A DNA stretch of 64,000 nt from NCBI GenBank assembly GCA_965248925.1, contig CBDFLE010000006.1, positions 2,848,001 to 2,912,000 of the forward strand, given 5' to 3'. The position numbers were made by a program, and so were the translations under genes. The stretch comes from Candidatus Multivoradales bacterium. GTDB taxonomy: Bacteria > Acidobacteriota > Thermoanaerobaculia > Multivoradales > J023. The notes under the pieces are model-generated. The model was not told where the DNA came from, did not search any database, and was given only the letters and a program-made list of their open reading frames with translations. Below, one piece after another: positions 10,295-21,194 of the stretch (position 1 is the first letter of the stretch; every line of letters starts with the position of its first letter).

Positions 10295-10732
10295 TTGCAC
10301 GTTGCCTTCGGTGCGGATCACGCGGGTTTCGAGCTCAAGAACAAACTACTTGAGTTTGTCGAGGGTCTTGGTCACGAGACTGTGGACCTGGGCACCTCTG
10401 CCGCCGCTAGCGTCGATTATCCGGACTATGCGACCGCGGTCGCTCGGGCGGTGAGCGAGGGGCGGGCTCGGCTCGGCATCTTGGTCTGTGGCACGGGCCT
10501 CGGCATGGCGATTACCGCGAACAAGTTTCGCGATGTGCGGGCGGTAACTTGCAGTGAGCCGTTCTCGGCCCGCATGGCTCGCGAACACAACGACGCCAAC
10601 GTGCTGGCTCTAGGGGCTCGGGTGGTTGGTGTGGGCCTTGCTCGTGAGGTCGTTCAGGTTTTTCTGGAGACTGCATTCGCCGCCGGTCGCCATGGTCCCC
10701 GGGTCGATCTGATCCGCGCCTTGGATTGCTGA
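10295..10732 (+). CDS. rpiB: Ribose-5-phosphate isomerase B
   Basis: [24 protein letters not shown] and GRH motifs; the rpiB-glyA order is conserved. Confidence 0.95.
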   Translation: MHVAFGADHAGFELKNKLLEFVEGLGHETVDLGTSAAASVDYPDYATAVARAVSEGRARLGILVCGTGLGMAITANKFRDVRAVTCSEPFSARMAREHNDANVLALGARVVGVGLAREVVQVFLETAFAAGRHGPRVDLIRALDC

Positions 10733-10802
10733 GAAATTGGGTCATCGAAGAGGATTTGGCCCACTGTCGGGGCATTTCGTAGGAAGTGACTCTGGAGTAA
10801 CT

Positions 10803-12056
10803 ATGCCAACCTACGACGCGGTGCAAGCCGCCGATCCCGAGATCTACCGCATCTTGTCCGCTGAGCGTCAGCGCCAATCCCAGGGGTTGGAGCTGATCGC
10901 CTCGGAGAATTTCGTCAGCGAAGCGGTCTTGGAGACCGCTGGCAGCGTGCTGACCAACAAATATGCCGAGGGATATCCAGGGCGTCGCTACTACGGAGGC
11001 TGCGAGCATGTCGACGAGGCCGAGCAGTTGGCCATCGACCGCGCCAAGAAACTCTTTTCTGCCGAGCACGCCAACGTCCAACCCCACTCGGGTACGACCG
11101 CCAACATGGCGGTGTATTTCGCCTTCCTAAGACCCGGTGATGTGCTGATGGGCATGGACCTTTCCTGCGGCGGTCATTTGACCCACGGCCATCGGCTGTC
11201 CTACTCCGGTCGCGATTTCCAGGTGGTGAGCTATGGCGTTGACCGCGACAGCGAGTTGATCGACTATGACGAGGTGGAGCGGTTGGCGCTGGAACGGCGG
11301 CCCAAGATCTTGGTGGCCGGAGCCAGCGCCTATAGCCGACAGCTCGATTTTGGCCGTTTCCGCGCCATCGCCGATGCCGCGGGCGCTTTGTTGATGGTTG
11401 ATATTGCGCATATCGCCGGCCTGGTGGCGACCGGTCTCCATCCGTCACCGGTGCCCTTTGCAGATGTCGTCACGACGACCACTCACAAGACTCTGCGCGG
11501 TCCTCGGGGTGGGCTGATCTTGTGCAGAGAAGAGCACAAGAAAATGCTCGATCGGGCTCTCTTTCCGGGCCTCCAAGGCGGGCCGCTGATGCATGTGATC
11601 GCTGCCAAGGCGGTGGCTCTTCGCGAAGCCGCCAGCGAGCAGTTCGCGGCCTATCAAGAGCAGGTGATAGCCAACGCCGCGTGCCTGGCGGCCAAGCTCC
11701 AGCAGCGCGGCCTGCGAATCGTCTCTGGTGGCACCGACAATCACCTCATGCTGGTCGATGTATTTGCCGCTGGAATCACCGGCAAGGTGGCCGAGAAAGC
11801 TCTCGGCCAGGCGGCGATTACTTGCAACAAGAACACCATCCCCTACGACCGTAACCCGCCGCTGGTAGCTTCGGGAATCCGTCTCGGCACCCCCGCTTTG
11901 ACCAGTCGTGGCATGGCGGAAGCAGAGATGGAGCAAGTTGGCGAAGTGATCGCCGATGCGATGCAGGCGGCCGACGACGACCAGGCCTTGGCGGCGATCA
12001 AGGGGCGGGTGATGGAACTCTGCGAGCGTTTCCCGCTCTACGCCGACCTGACTTGA
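10803..12056 (+). CDS. glyA: Serine hydroxymethyltransferase
   Basis: [31 protein letters not shown] lysine motif [23 protein letters not shown]. Confidence 0.97.
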   Translation: MPTYDAVQAADPEIYRILSAERQRQSQGLELIASENFVSEAVLETAGSVLTNKYAEGYPGRRYYGGCEHVDEAEQLAIDRAKKLFSAEHANVQPHSGTTANMAVYFAFLRPGDVLMGMDLSCGGHLTHGHRLSYSGRDFQVVSYGVDRDSELIDYDEVERLALERRPKILVAGASAYSRQLDFGRFRAIADAAGALLMVDIAHIAGLVATGLHPSPVPFADVVTTTTHKTLRGPRGGLILCREEHKKMLDRALFPGLQGGPLMHVIAAKAVALREAASEQFAAYQEQVIANAACLAAKLQQRGLRIVSGGTDNHLMLVDVFAAGITGKVAEKALGQAAITCNKNTIPYDRNPPLVASGIRLGTPALTSRGMAEAEMEQVGEVIADAMQAADDDQALAAIKGRVMELCERFPLYADLT

Positions 12057-13375
12057 GTAGACGCGGCCTGGCCAACTCGCGGCGGCACGCCGAATCGCTG
12101 TCGCAGAAGTCCGCGGACTTCGCCGATCAAGTACAGCGAGCCGCAGATCAGCAGGCGGTCGGCACAGCCTTCTAGCGCTTGCCACAGAGCGTCAGCTACT
12201 CGCGGCTCCAGCCCCTGGGCGCGGTCGCCGAGCAGCTTGGCGGCTAGGGCCATACCGCCGCCGCGGCTGTGGCTTGTGGGCTCGGTAAGCCACAGCTTGC
12301 GGCAGCGCTTGGCCAAGGGGGGTAACATCCGCTCGATCTCCTTGTCGGCAAGGGCGCCGAACAGCAGGTCGATAGGCTGCTTGAGGGTGTCCAAGTAGCT
12401 TGCCAAGACCTTGCTGGCGGCGGGGTTGTGAGCGCCATCGAGCAAGACTCGGGGTCCCCCAGGGAGGTCGACCCATTCCAGTCGGCCCGGCCAGCGGCAA
12501 TCATGGCTACCGGTGTCGATAGCGGTCGGGCCGAGGGCCGAGAAACCGCTTTCGGCCAGCCGTTCGCCGGTAGCTACGGCCAGTGCCAGGTTGTTCAGCT
12601 GGTGCCGTCCCAACAGGTTCAAGACTAGTGGATAGGTGGCTCGCGAGGTGTGCAAGGTGGCTCTTTGGGCCAGGCTCGCTGGAGCGCCTTCGCTTTCGAT
12701 CCTGACCTCTTGGTCGACCCGCACCAGCTCGCTGCCCAACTCCTCAGCTCGCTGCTTGAGAACCGCCGCGACTTCGGCCTGCGGCGCCCACACTAGAGCG
12801 GGCCTGCCGGCGCGCAGAATACCGGCCTTCTCGCTGGCAACTTGCGCCAAGGTGGCCCCCAGACTCTCTCGGTGGTCGAGGGCGATCGAGGAAATCACCG
12901 AGATCTGAGGCTCGCTCAGGTTAGTGGTGTCGAGGCGGCCACCGAGGCCGACTTCGAGCACGGCCAAGTCGACTTGGCGGCGCTGGAAATATAGCAAGGC
13001 GGCCAGGGTCAAGGCTTCAAAATAAGTCGGCGGGCGCCGCGGGTCGATGGCTGAGCTGTGGTCGAGCACCTCGCGCAGCAGGTCGGCCAGGTGCGGGTCT
13101 TCGATCAGCCGACCATCGATCCTCAGCCGTTCACTGACCTGTTCGAGGTGGGGCGAGGTGTAGAGCCCGCAGCGATAGCCGGCGGCGCTGGCTATCGCTG
13201 CGATCAGAGCGGCGGTCGACCCCTTGCCATTGGTGCCAGCGACCAAGACGGTTGGCAAGCCGGCCTGTGGATTGCCCAGGGCGGCTAGCAAGGGGCGGCT
13301 GTGCCGCAACCCTGGCCGGATGCCAAACATCGCCAGCTGGGCAAGTATCTGCTCGCTGGTCTGGTCATTGGGCAC
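12038..13375 (-). CDS. folC: Bifunctional folylpolyglutamate synthase/dihydrofolate synthase
   Basis: [39 protein letters not shown] and GSLYLIG motifs; lies downstream of accD. Confidence 0.95.
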   Translation of the reverse strand: MPNDQTSEQILAQLAMFGIRPGLRHSRPLLAALGNPQAGLPTVLVAGTNGKGSTAALIAAIASAAGYRCGLYTSPHLEQVSERLRIDGRLIEDPHLADLLREVLDHSSAIDPRRPPTYFEALTLAALLYFQRRQVDLAVLEVGLGGRLDTTNLSEPQISVISSIALDHRESLGATLAQVASEKAGILRAGRPALVWAPQAEVAAVLKQRAEELGSELVRVDQEVRIESEGAPASLAQRATLHTSRATYPLVLNLLGRHQLNNLALAVATGERLAESGFSALGPTAIDTGSHDCRWPGRLEWVDLPGGPRVLLDGAHNPAASKVLASYLDTLKQPIDLLFGALADKEIERMLPPLAKRCRKLWLTEPTSHSRGGGMALAAKLLGDRAQGLEPRVADALWQALEGCADRLLICGSLYLIGEVRGLLRQRFGVPPRVGQAASTQVRSA

Positions 13376-13402
13376 AGTCAGGGTGCGGCGTCGGCCGCGG
13401 AC

Positions 13403-14248
13403 TCAGAGGAAATGCCGCAGGCAGCGGGCGACGGTGGCTTTCATCTCGCCGCGGCTGACCACCATGTCGAGAAAGCCCTTGTCGAGCAGGAACTCACTGC
13501 GCTGGAAACCATCCGGCAAGCTCTCGCGGATGGTCTGCTCGATCACCCGGGGTCCGGCGAAGCCGATCAAGGCGCCGGGTTCGGCGATGTTGATGTCGCC
13601 CAGCATCGAGAACGAAGCGGTCACGCCACCGGTGGTGGGGTCGGTGAGGATCGAGATGTAAGGCAGGCCGCGCTCGCGCAGCTGAGCTAGGGCAGCGGAG
13701 ATCTTGGCCATCTGCATCAGCGACAGAACACCCTCTTGCATGCGCGCCCCGCCGGAGGCAGAAACCACGATCAAGGGCACCTGGCGGCGGGTGGCTTCTT
13801 CCACCGCGCGGGTGATCTTCTCACCGACTACCGATCCCATCGAGCCGCCCATGAAGCGGTAGTCCATCACCGCCAGCACCACCTCGATGCCTTCGAGGGC
13901 TCCGGTCAGCACCATCACCGCGTCACCCGCGCCGGTCTTCTTGCGGTAGGTCTCCAGGCGGTCCTTGTAGGGCTGCGTGTCGGTGAAGTTCAGCGGGTCG
14001 ATGGCGGTGATGTTGTCGAACAGCTCCTGGCCGCTGCCCTCGTCGAGCAGCAGCTCGATTCGCTCGTGCGGTCCTATACGGAAGTGATAGCCGCACTTTG
14101 GGCAGATTCTGCGACTGCGGCGCAGTTCCTTGGAGTAGACGATCTCCTTGCAGGAGACGCACTTGACCCACAGGCCTTCCGGCACGGTGCTGCGCGGCCG
14201 ATCTCCGCGGACCGGCTTGGGTTTCTTGGCTTTCTTGAACCAGGCCAC
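13403..14248 (-). CDS. accD: Acetyl-CoA carboxylase carboxyltransferase beta subunit
   Basis: Zinc finger CxxC..CPKC, FMGGSMG, SGGARMQEG, PTTGGVTASF and GFAGPRVIEQT. Confidence 0.96.
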   Translation of the reverse strand: MAWFKKAKKPKPVRGDRPRSTVPEGLWVKCVSCKEIVYSKELRRSRRICPKCGYHFRIGPHERIELLLDEGSGQELFDNITAIDPLNFTDTQPYKDRLETYRKKTGAGDAVMVLTGALEGIEVVLAVMDYRFMGGSMGSVVGEKITRAVEEATRRQVPLIVVSASGGARMQEGVLSLMQMAKISAALAQLRERGLPYISILTDPTTGGVTASFSMLGDINIAEPGALIGFAGPRVIEQTIRESLPDGFQRSEFLLDKGFLDMVVSRGEMKATVARCLRHFL

Positions 14249-14353
14249 GGCTGAAATCTCGGCCAGCAGGCAGCAGTCTGCTCTACTGCCAGTCTACAAG
14301 GCGGAAGAACTCAGCTCAGGCCACCGCAGGTGGCGGCCGGAGCGCTGAGTCTC

Positions 14354-14590
14354 TTAGACGTCGTCGTCGCCCTCGGCTTCTTCGAGTTCGTTGGGCACGT
14401 TAAGTCGCAAACAAGCCGCGTCGTACATTTGCCGGGCGGCCTTCTTGCTGGTTTGTAACTCAGCTAGCCGGTCCTTGACCTTGGCTAGCTCTGCCTCGAT
14501 CTGCTGATCGAGTTCAAGGATGTCTTCTTTTGTTCTGGTGAGAGTGCTCTCGTAGAACGTTCTTTGGTCGTCGGTCAGGCTCATGGCCAT
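14354..14590 (-). CDS. Small coiled-coil hypothetical protein
   Basis: 78-aa heptad-rich helix with a GGAGG RBS, lying between the kinase and accD on the same strand. Confidence 0.65.
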   Translation of the reverse strand: MAMSLTDDQRTFYESTLTRTKEDILELDQQIEAELAKVKDRLAELQTSKKAARQMYDAACLRLNVPNELEEAEGDDDV

Positions 14591-14742
14591 CCTCCATGAA
14601 AACTTCGCTCTCGGGCGCTAGTTCGCAGATATTCGGCCCCAAGCCCCCGCGAAGGGTCTGTCGGGCAAAGGTTGGGTGAGAATACTCGGCTTCGTCGAAG
14701 CTGACAAGCGACAGGTCGTCGGTACTTCGGCCGGTAGCCGAC

Positions 14743-17052
14743 TCAACTGCCGCCAGCACCACCCTGAGATCCATCCGTCGAAGCTTCGTCGTGGGCTGAT
14801 GTCTCGCTTTGGCGGGCCGCTTCGAGTTCTTGCTGCAGTCGACGACGCTCGCTTTCGAAACTTCGCTGGAGTTCGTCGGCTCGTCGTTTGAGTTCGTCGT
14901 CGACCTGCTTTTCGACCGGCTCCGGTTGCTCTTCCACCGTGGCGGCGGTGCTGGGTGAGGCCTCCGCCGGCAGGTCGGCAGCGTCTGGAGCAGACAGTGG
15001 TTGCGGCTGGGGAGCCCGGCTCTGCTCGTTGTCCACGGCCGGTGGTGGGACGGGTCGATTGGGGTGGCTCCTCCACCAGGCGAAGGCAGCCACCGCCACC
15101 GCCACCGCCAGCAGGGCGGCAATCCACCAGCCGAAGGCTCGACGACGAGGCTGCCGAGGGGGAGTTTCCGCCGCCGTGGTCAGCGGCAGGTCGAGATCTG
15201 CTGCAGTGGGCGCTGCGGGTGCGGGGGGCAACTCTGGGGCAGGCTCGAAGACCACCTCCCTGGCTGCGTCATGTCCTGCTTTCGAGTTCTCGCCAGCAGG
15301 GTCAACGGGCACTGCCGCCACCGCCGGTGATTCTGGCGCGGCGGGTTCGGTCGATTCAAAGGCGTCCGAATCTCTTCCAAAGAGGCTGTTGACATAGCGT
15401 GTCAAGTCCCCCTGCCCGGCGGCCAGCTGTAAGTTGCTGCGGGTGGTTTCTAACTCGGCGGCCAGCTCCCCCGCCGAGCCGTGGCGTCGACCTGGGTCTT
15501 TGGCTAACGCCCGGCTCACAACCTGTTCGATCTCCTCTGCCAACTCCGGCGCCAAGTCACGGGGTGCTGAGTGGCGGCATTCACGCACTGCATCGAGCAC
15601 CGCCATCTCGCTGTCGGCGGTGAATAGTTTGTGGCCGGTGAGCATCTCGAACAGCACCGAGCCGAGAGAGAACAAATCTGAGCTGGCGTCCACCGGTTGT
15701 CCCGAGGCTTGCTCTGGGGACATGTACTGGAGCTTTCCCTTGAGTGCTCCCATCTGCGTGGTGCTGGCCTTGACCACAGCTTTGACGATGCCGAAATCGC
15801 ACAGCTTGATGTCGCCGTCCCAGCTGATTAGCACGTTCTGCGGCGAGACATCGCGATGTACCAGGCCGAGGGGGCGATCTTCGAAATCACGCTGGCGGTG
15901 GGCATGATCGAGGGCCTGAGCCAGGCGCATACCGATCAGCAAAGCCAAGCCGGGCGGCATTTTCTGGCCGCTGTCGTCCGCCCGCCGCAGCAGGGTGCGC
16001 AAGTCTGTTCCTTCGACATACTCCATGGCGATGAAGTAGTCCTGGTCGACTTTGCCGAGATCGTAGATCTGGATGATGTGGTTGTGGCTCAGCTGCGCCG
16101 CCAGCTTAGCTTCGTCGATGAACATGCTGACGAAGTCCTGGTTGCTGGTCAGGTGCGACAGAATCTTCTTGATCGCCACGGTTTTCTCGAAGCCTTCGAC
16201 CCCGCTGCGGCGAGCTTTCCAGACCTCGGCCATACCGCCGACTGCAATCTTCTGCAGCAGCCGATAGTCGCCAAAGCGGAGGTCGCTCTCGGCTTTTCGG
16301 GCCGCTGGGACCTCCAGGAGGGGATCGCTTGGAGCCTCTTCCAGGTGCGCTTTGGGGATCAACTGCCTGGCTGCAAGAGGCGCTGCCGGGGGCTGGATTT
16401 CGAGAGCTGAAATGGATTCCTTGAGCAACTGATCGAAGTCGTCGTCAGGGCCCGTGCCGGCGCTTTTGGCCGCAGTCTGGGGGCTTGGCGTGGCCGCAGG
16501 CGCGGCTGAGGAGGTGGTGTCGAGAAGCCCAGGGAACGTCTGTTCAAGCTTGCGGTCGAGTTCCGCCTCGAATTCCGTATCGGGCATTTCTTCAAGTTCT
16601 CGCCGGGCCGCCCCTTCGGCTTCCACCTCGGCTAGAAGATCACCGAAAATATCGGCGGATGTCAGCAACTCCCCGTCGTCCGCGGCCGCCGGGGAGGCGG
16701 TGGGAGAGTGCAGAAAAATGCCCACCTGCTGAGCCAGGCCGGCCTCTGACAACGGTTTGGTGATCACCTGGTCGGCGGCAAAGTCGAGGGCCGAGATATG
16801 ACCGGCCAAGGTCGCCGGTACCAAAACCATGGCCCCCGGGCCGCCGCCGTGGCGAGCAAAGCTGCGCAGTAGATCCTTCGCTCCGGGCAGTGAGCCGCTA
16901 GCGATCAACAAGTCTGGCGCGTGAGTGGCGATGCTGCGCAAGGCGGCTTCGCGGCTGTCGGTCAGAACCACGTCCCAGCCGTCCGGCCGTAAGGCGGAGG
17001 CAATAAGCTCGGCGCAATGAGTATCCGGTTCAACGACCAGGATCAGTAACAT
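14743..17052 (-). CDS. Hanks-type Ser/Thr kinase with an N-terminal pseudo-receiver domain and one TM helix
   Basis: Kinase motifs [33 protein letters not shown] and SDLFSLG. REC-like N-terminus; TM segment '[19 protein letters not shown]'. Confidence 0.9.
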   Translation of the reverse strand: MLLILVVEPDTHCAELIASALRPDGWDVVLTDSREAALRSIATHAPDLLIASGSLPGAKDLLRSFARHGGGPGAMVLVPATLAGHISALDFAADQVITKPLSEAGLAQQVGIFLHSPTASPAAADDGELLTSADIFGDLLAEVEAEGAARRELEEMPDTEFEAELDRKLEQTFPGLLDTTSSAAPAATPSPQTAAKSAGTGPDDDFDQLLKESISALEIQPPAAPLAARQLIPKAHLEEAPSDPLLEVPAARKAESDLRFGDYRLLQKIAVGGMAEVWKARRSGVEGFEKTVAIKKILSHLTSNQDFVSMFIDEAKLAAQLSHNHIIQIYDLGKVDQDYFIAMEYVEGTDLRTLLRRADDSGQKMPPGLALLIGMRLAQALDHAHRQRDFEDRPLGLVHRDVSPQNVLISWDGDIKLCDFGIVKAVVKASTTQMGALKGKLQYMSPEQASGQPVDASSDLFSLGSVLFEMLTGHKLFTADSEMAVLDAVRECRHSAPRDLAPELAEEIEQVVSRALAKDPGRRHGSAGELAAELETTRSNLQLAAGQGDLTRYVNSLFGRDSDAFESTEPAAPESPAVAAVPVDPAGENSKAGHDAAREVVFEPAPELPPAPAAPTAADLDLPLTTAAETPPRQPRRRAFGWWIAALLAVAVAVAAFAWWRSHPNRPVPPPAVDNEQSRAPQPQPLSAPDAADLPAEASPSTAATVEEQPEPVEKQVDDELKRRADELQRSFESERRRLQQELEAARQSETSAHDEASTDGSQGGAGGS

Positions 17053-17205
17053 CTTGGCCCTCCAGGCACGACAATGGGCGAGATCCTAGCACCGACCGCA
17101 GATCCAGTCAGCCGTCGCCTCTTCCCTCCGCCGCACGCTCCGCTAGAATGGACAGCGAAGGCGAGTCCGCGACCGTATTCAACTCAAAAACCGAGGAAGA
17201 TTCGA

Positions 17206-17955
17206 ATGTCTGGTCATAGTAAGTGGAGCACGATCAAGCGTAAGAAAGGGGCGATTGACGCCAAGCGTGGCAAGGTCTTCACCCGCATCCTGCGCGAGGT
17301 GACGGTTGCCGCCAAACTCGGCGGCGGTGACCCCAGCGCCAATCCCCGTCTGCGGTCCGCGGTGCAAGATGCCAAAGCCAACAATCTGCCCAAGGACAAG
17401 TTGGAACGGGCGATCAAGAAAGGCACCGGCGAACTCGAAGGGGAAACCTACGAGGAAATCACCTACGAAGGCTATGGTCCAGGAGGAGTCGCCGTTCTGG
17501 TGCAGACCATGACCGACAACAAGAATCGGACCGTCGGCGAGGTTCGCCACCTGTTTGGCCGGCATGGTGGCAACCTGGGAGAGAACGGCTGTGTCAGCTG
17601 GAAGTTCGACCAGCGAGGCTATCTTGCCATCGATCCCGGTGAGATGGACGAAGACGCCTTCATGGAACTCGCTCTGGAACTCGGCGCTGAGGACATCGCC
17701 ACTGAGAAGGGTGCCTACGAGATCTTCACCGCCCCTGCCGACTACAACGGCATCAAAGAGGCTCTAGAAGAGCGCGAAATCACCGTCGCCTTGGCCGAAT
17801 TGGCAATGATTCCGCAGACCACCATGGAGCTGGATCAGAAAGCTCTTGGCAAAGTCCTGCGGCTGCTCGAAGCTCTTGAGGACCAAGACGATGTTCAGCA
17901 CGTCTGGGCTGATTTCGACGCCGATGAGAGCGCTCTGGAAAGCGCCGCGAGTTGA
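17206..17955 (+). CDS. yebC: YebC/PmpR family protein
   Basis: [34 protein letters not shown] and [11 protein letters not shown] motifs. Confidence 0.95.
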   Translation: MSGHSKWSTIKRKKGAIDAKRGKVFTRILREVTVAAKLGGGDPSANPRLRSAVQDAKANNLPKDKLERAIKKGTGELEGETYEEITYEGYGPGGVAVLVQTMTDNKNRTVGEVRHLFGRHGGNLGENGCVSWKFDQRGYLAIDPGEMDEDAFMELALELGAEDIATEKGAYEIFTAPADYNGIKEALEEREITVALAELAMIPQTTMELDQKALGKVLRLLEALEDQDDVQHVWADFDADESALESAAS

Positions 17956-17969
17956 ACCGGCGCTCCGCG

Positions 17970-18485
17970 ATGCGAATCCTCGGCATCGATCCAGGCAGCC
18001 TGCACACCGGCTATGGTGTGGTTGATCGGCAAGGCTCAAAGCTGCAAACCGTGGCGCATGGCAGGATCTCTTGCTCCCGTGGCCAGCCGCTGGCCGAGCG
18101 CCTGTGCCGCCTCAGCCGCCAGCTCGACCAGTTGCTCACCCAGCACCAGCCAGACGCCGTCGTTCTGGAGGCCCTCTTCCATGGCGTCAATCCGCGTTCG
18201 CTGATCGTTCTGGCGCAGGCCAGAGGAGCCCTGCTGGTTACCCTGGCGCTTGCTGGACTGGAAGTCACCGAATACTCGCCGGCAGAGATCAAGATGGCCG
18301 TGACCGGCAACGGTCGGGCCGACAAGGGGCAAGTGGAGCAGATGGTGAAGCTGGTGCTGGGACTGGGCACTAGCCAGCTGGCGCCAGACGCCAGCGATGC
18401 TTTGGCGGCGGCCATCTGTTTCGCTCAGCGATTTCGAGTGGATCGCTTGCAGCGCCGGGTGGGAAGGCCGAGCACCCAGCCATAA
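17970..18485 (+). CDS. ruvC: Holliday junction resolvase RuvC
   Basis: ILGIDPG, E..F, LAQARG, EYSPAEIK.AVTG.G.ADK.QV and DASDALA motifs; follows yebC. Confidence 0.95.
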   Translation: MRILGIDPGSLHTGYGVVDRQGSKLQTVAHGRISCSRGQPLAERLCRLSRQLDQLLTQHQPDAVVLEALFHGVNPRSLIVLAQARGALLVTLALAGLEVTEYSPAEIKMAVTGNGRADKGQVEQMVKLVLGLGTSQLAPDASDALAAAICFAQRFRVDRLQRRVGRPSTQP

Positions 18486-18524
18486 ACACTGCAATCAAAC
18501 AACTTGTGATCCACGAGGAGATTC

Positions 18525-18554
18525 TTGACCGGTCATTTTCGCCTATGCTAAGCT
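18525..18554 (+). promoter_or_regulatory. Putative sigma70 promoter for the exbB operon
   Basis: TTGACC-N18-TAAGCT with a TGn extended -10 element, identified by eye. Confidence 0.4.
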
Positions 18555-18589
18555 GCGGGAAGTTTAAGGCAAGAGAAGCTCCAAGAGAA

Positions 18590-18676
18590 ACTGGGAACAG
18601 GACCCGCGTCACGCGGGTCTAAGTAGCTCAGACACTGGGAACGAGACCCGCGCCACGCGGGGCTAACTGGCTCAGA
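18590..18676 (+). repeat. Tandem 43-nt hairpin repeat (2 copies) in the exbB leader; candidate cis-regulatory RNA
   Basis: ACTGGGAACAGGACCCGCGTCACGCGGGTCTAAGTAGCTCAGA (18590-18632) and ACTGGGAACGAGACCCGCGCCACGCGGGGCTAACTGGCTCAGA (18634-18676), 37/43 identical. Confidence 0.85.
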
Positions 18677-18688
18677 GGAGGAAGAAGG

Positions 18689-19369
18689 TTGGAAATTGGC
18701 GGAACATTGATGGGTTACGTGAAGCAAGGAGGCTTGTTCATGTGGCCTCTACTGATTTTCTCCGTCGTCGCCCTGGCGGTAATCTTCGAGCGCTGGTTTG
18801 CTCTGCGCAAGGCAAACATTAACGTCAACGAGTTTCTGGGCAAGATCCGGAAGTCGTTGGTGGTCAATAAGTCTGTGCGGGACGCCATCAAGGTCTGCGA
18901 GCAGTATCGCGGACCGGTTGCCTCGATCATGAAGGCCGGCCTTCTCAAGTACGGCCAGCCCAGGGAAGACATCGAGAAAAGCATCGAAAATGCCGCACTG
19001 TACGAGATGAGTCGTCTCGAGCGAGGCTTGGTGGTCCTGGCGACCATTGCCAACGTCGCGCCGTTGATCGGCTTCCTCGGCACGGTGACAGGCATGATCC
19101 GTTCCTTCGACGCTCTGTCGCAGGCGGGTCTGACGAATCCGGGTTTGGTGGCCGAGGGTATCTCCGAGGCCCTCATTACTACGGCTGCCGGTCTCATCGT
19201 GGCTGTTCCCACCCAGATCGCCTACAACTACTTCATGGCCAACATCAACAAGAAGGTGCGGGATATCGAAACCTCCACCAACATGTTGTTGGAGACCTTT
19301 GGTGAGATGGAGCGTGACGGGATTGCGGCTGACACGGCTGCCGGCGGAAGCGCCGCGGCTAGAAAGTAA
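18689..19369 (+). CDS. exbB: MotA/TolQ/ExbB proton channel family protein
   Basis: GGLFMWPLL, APLIGFLGTVTGMI and GISEALITTAAGL motifs. Confidence 0.9.
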   Translation: MEIGGTLMGYVKQGGLFMWPLLIFSVVALAVIFERWFALRKANINVNEFLGKIRKSLVVNKSVRDAIKVCEQYRGPVASIMKAGLLKYGQPREDIEKSIENAALYEMSRLERGLVVLATIANVAPLIGFLGTVTGMIRSFDALSQAGLTNPGLVAEGISEALITTAAGLIVAVPTQIAYNYFMANINKKVRDIETSTNMLLETFGEMERDGIAADTAAGGSAAARK

Positions 19370-19390
19370 CGGACCACGGGGCAAGGCGAC

Positions 19391-19819
19391 ATGCGTCTAA
19401 GAGCACGACACCAGCAAGGGGCAGTGGTCCCGACATCTTCGATGGCCGACATCGCTTTTCTTCTGATCGTCTTCTTCATGGTGACGATCACCTTCGAAAA
19501 GGATAAGACCCAGGTATCGCTGCCACGCACCGACCTGCGGTATGAAATCCCCAAGGAGGCCGCCTACATCTCGGTGACTGCGAATCGCCAGATCCGAGTG
19601 ACCGACGGCGAAGAGATGAGTATTGCGGTTGATCTCGCGGATGTCGTATCGTTCGCTGCCAATCTGGTGTCGCGCTTCCCCGACCGTCCGGTAGTGCTCA
19701 AGGCTGATGCCGACGTGCCCTACGAGCAAGTCGACAAAATCATAGACTCGCTGAAGCAGGCCAAGGTCGAGCTGATCTACTTGCTTTCCGAGCAGAAAAC
19801 GGTCGACAACCCAGGCTGA
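19391..19819 (+). CDS. exbD: ExbD/TolR family protein
   Basis: TM segment SMADIAFLLIVFFMV with the conserved Asp, and the VVLKAD..VPY..V..IID motif. Confidence 0.88.
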   Translation: MRLRARHQQGAVVPTSSMADIAFLLIVFFMVTITFEKDKTQVSLPRTDLRYEIPKEAAYISVTANRQIRVTDGEEMSIAVDLADVVSFAANLVSRFPDRPVVLKADADVPYEQVDKIIDSLKQAKVELIYLLSEQKTVDNPG

Positions 19820-19832
19820 GGAAGAGGCACGG

Positions 19833-20351
19833 ATGAAACTGAAGAAAGAAAGCCCCGATGCCGAAATCCCGGCCTCCTCGATGGCGGACATCGCCTTCTT
19901 GCTGATCGTCTATTTCATGGTCACCACCACCTTCGCGGCAACTCGCGGTCTCGACTTCGCGCTGCCGAAGGACGACGACACACCGCCGATTATCGAGAAG
20001 GAAGATTCGGTCTTGGTCGAGATCGACAGCAACGGTCAGTTGATAGTTGACCAGAAGCCCATGGAGCTCAAGGAGATCCTCGGCTACCTGGCCCCCAAGC
20101 TGGAGACGAATCCGAAAAAACCGGTGATCATCAGGCCCGAAAGCAACGCGCCCTACGGCAAGATGGTGCAGGTCTTCGACAAACTCAGGCAAGGAAAGGT
20201 GATCGATTCCAAAGAAGAAGAAGGGGTCAAGAAGCTGGTTTGGTTAGACGAGCAGGTGCACCCCGGAGTGACCAAGGAACTGCTAGAGGAAGGGAAAGAC
20301 ATCAATGTCACGATTCCCACTCAGCGTGAGATAGACGCATTCTGGTTCTGA
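19833..20351 (+). CDS. exbD: ExbD/TolR family protein (second copy, C-terminally extended)
   Basis: SMADIAFLLIVYFMVTTTF and VIIRP...APYG.MVQVFD motifs. Confidence 0.88.
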   Translation: MKLKKESPDAEIPASSMADIAFLLIVYFMVTTTFAATRGLDFALPKDDDTPPIIEKEDSVLVEIDSNGQLIVDQKPMELKEILGYLAPKLETNPKKPVIIRPESNAPYGKMVQVFDKLRQGKVIDSKEEEGVKKLVWLDEQVHPGVTKELLEEGKDINVTIPTQREIDAFWF

Positions 20352-20442
20352 CGCCGCACGAGTTAGGCGCTGTCTGATTCTGATGTTGCTTCGCTTAAGT
20401 ACTGCCCGCTGCTGCTACTCTGCTACCTGGAGATGATCGCAA

Positions 20443-21153
20443 ATGGCTGATAAGACATCCCCCAGCTCTTCGCTCAAGGACGATCTCGAGCAGGGTGAGT
20501 TCGTTACCTTCGCTCACGAAGAAGAAGAGGACACCAAGAATCGCAAGGTGTTTTATGCCGTAGCGATTATCTTCCACTTTGCTTTTCTCATCTGGAATTT
20601 CCCCGAATTCAACTCCGCGGCTGAGGTCGTAGCTGACAAGAAGAAAGTCTACGTGGTCCAGCAGGTGCGCTTTCAGCCGCCACCGCCGAAGCAAAAGCAG
20701 GAGATTCCGAAGCAGAAGTCGAAGAAAGTGCCGATCCCTGACCCGACTCCGGACGAGCCCGAGCCGATTCGCCTGGACGAGCCCGAGCCAGAACTCGATC
20801 TGCCGCAGCTCGACGACATAGTCTTTGGAATTCCCGATGCGCCGCCGATAGCCGAGCCCGAAGGGCCGATCCACGTCGGTGGTGATGTCAGAGCGCCGGA
20901 CAAGCTCGAATCCCCGCAGCCGCAGTACACGGAGATCGCCCGCAAAGCACGCATCCAAGGGGTAGTGATCGTTCAGGCGATCATCGACAAGCAGGGCGAG
21001 GTCACCAACGTCAAGGTTCTCAAGGGCCTGCCGATGGGCCTCTCTGAGGAAGCGGTCAAGGCGATCAAGCGCTGGAAATTCAAGCCGGCTACGCTCAACG
21101 GCAAGCCCGTCGACGTCTACTACAACCTGACGGTGAACTTCCGTCTGCAGTAG
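20443..21153 (+). CDS. tonB: TonB family energy transducer
   Basis: TM helix containing a His, a Pro-rich linker, and TonB_C '[32 protein letters not shown]'. Confidence 0.9.
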   Translation: MADKTSPSSSLKDDLEQGEFVTFAHEEEEDTKNRKVFYAVAIIFHFAFLIWNFPEFNSAAEVVADKKKVYVVQQVRFQPPPPKQKQEIPKQKSKKVPIPDPTPDEPEPIRLDEPEPELDLPQLDDIVFGIPDAPPIAEPEGPIHVGGDVRAPDKLESPQPQYTEIARKARIQGVVIVQAIIDKQGEVTNVKVLKGLPMGLSEEAVKAIKRWKFKPATLNGKPVDVYYNLTVNFRLQ

Positions 21154-21194
21154 ACGACTCAATAAAGACGCTTGAGACTCCAAGAGCAGAACCG

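Noticed and set aside
18560-18688. Cobalamin riboswitch (CACTGGGAA upstream of TonB-system genes)
   Set aside because: Only a short word matches. The B12 box and four-way junction are absent, and the region is explained by two simple tandem hairpins.
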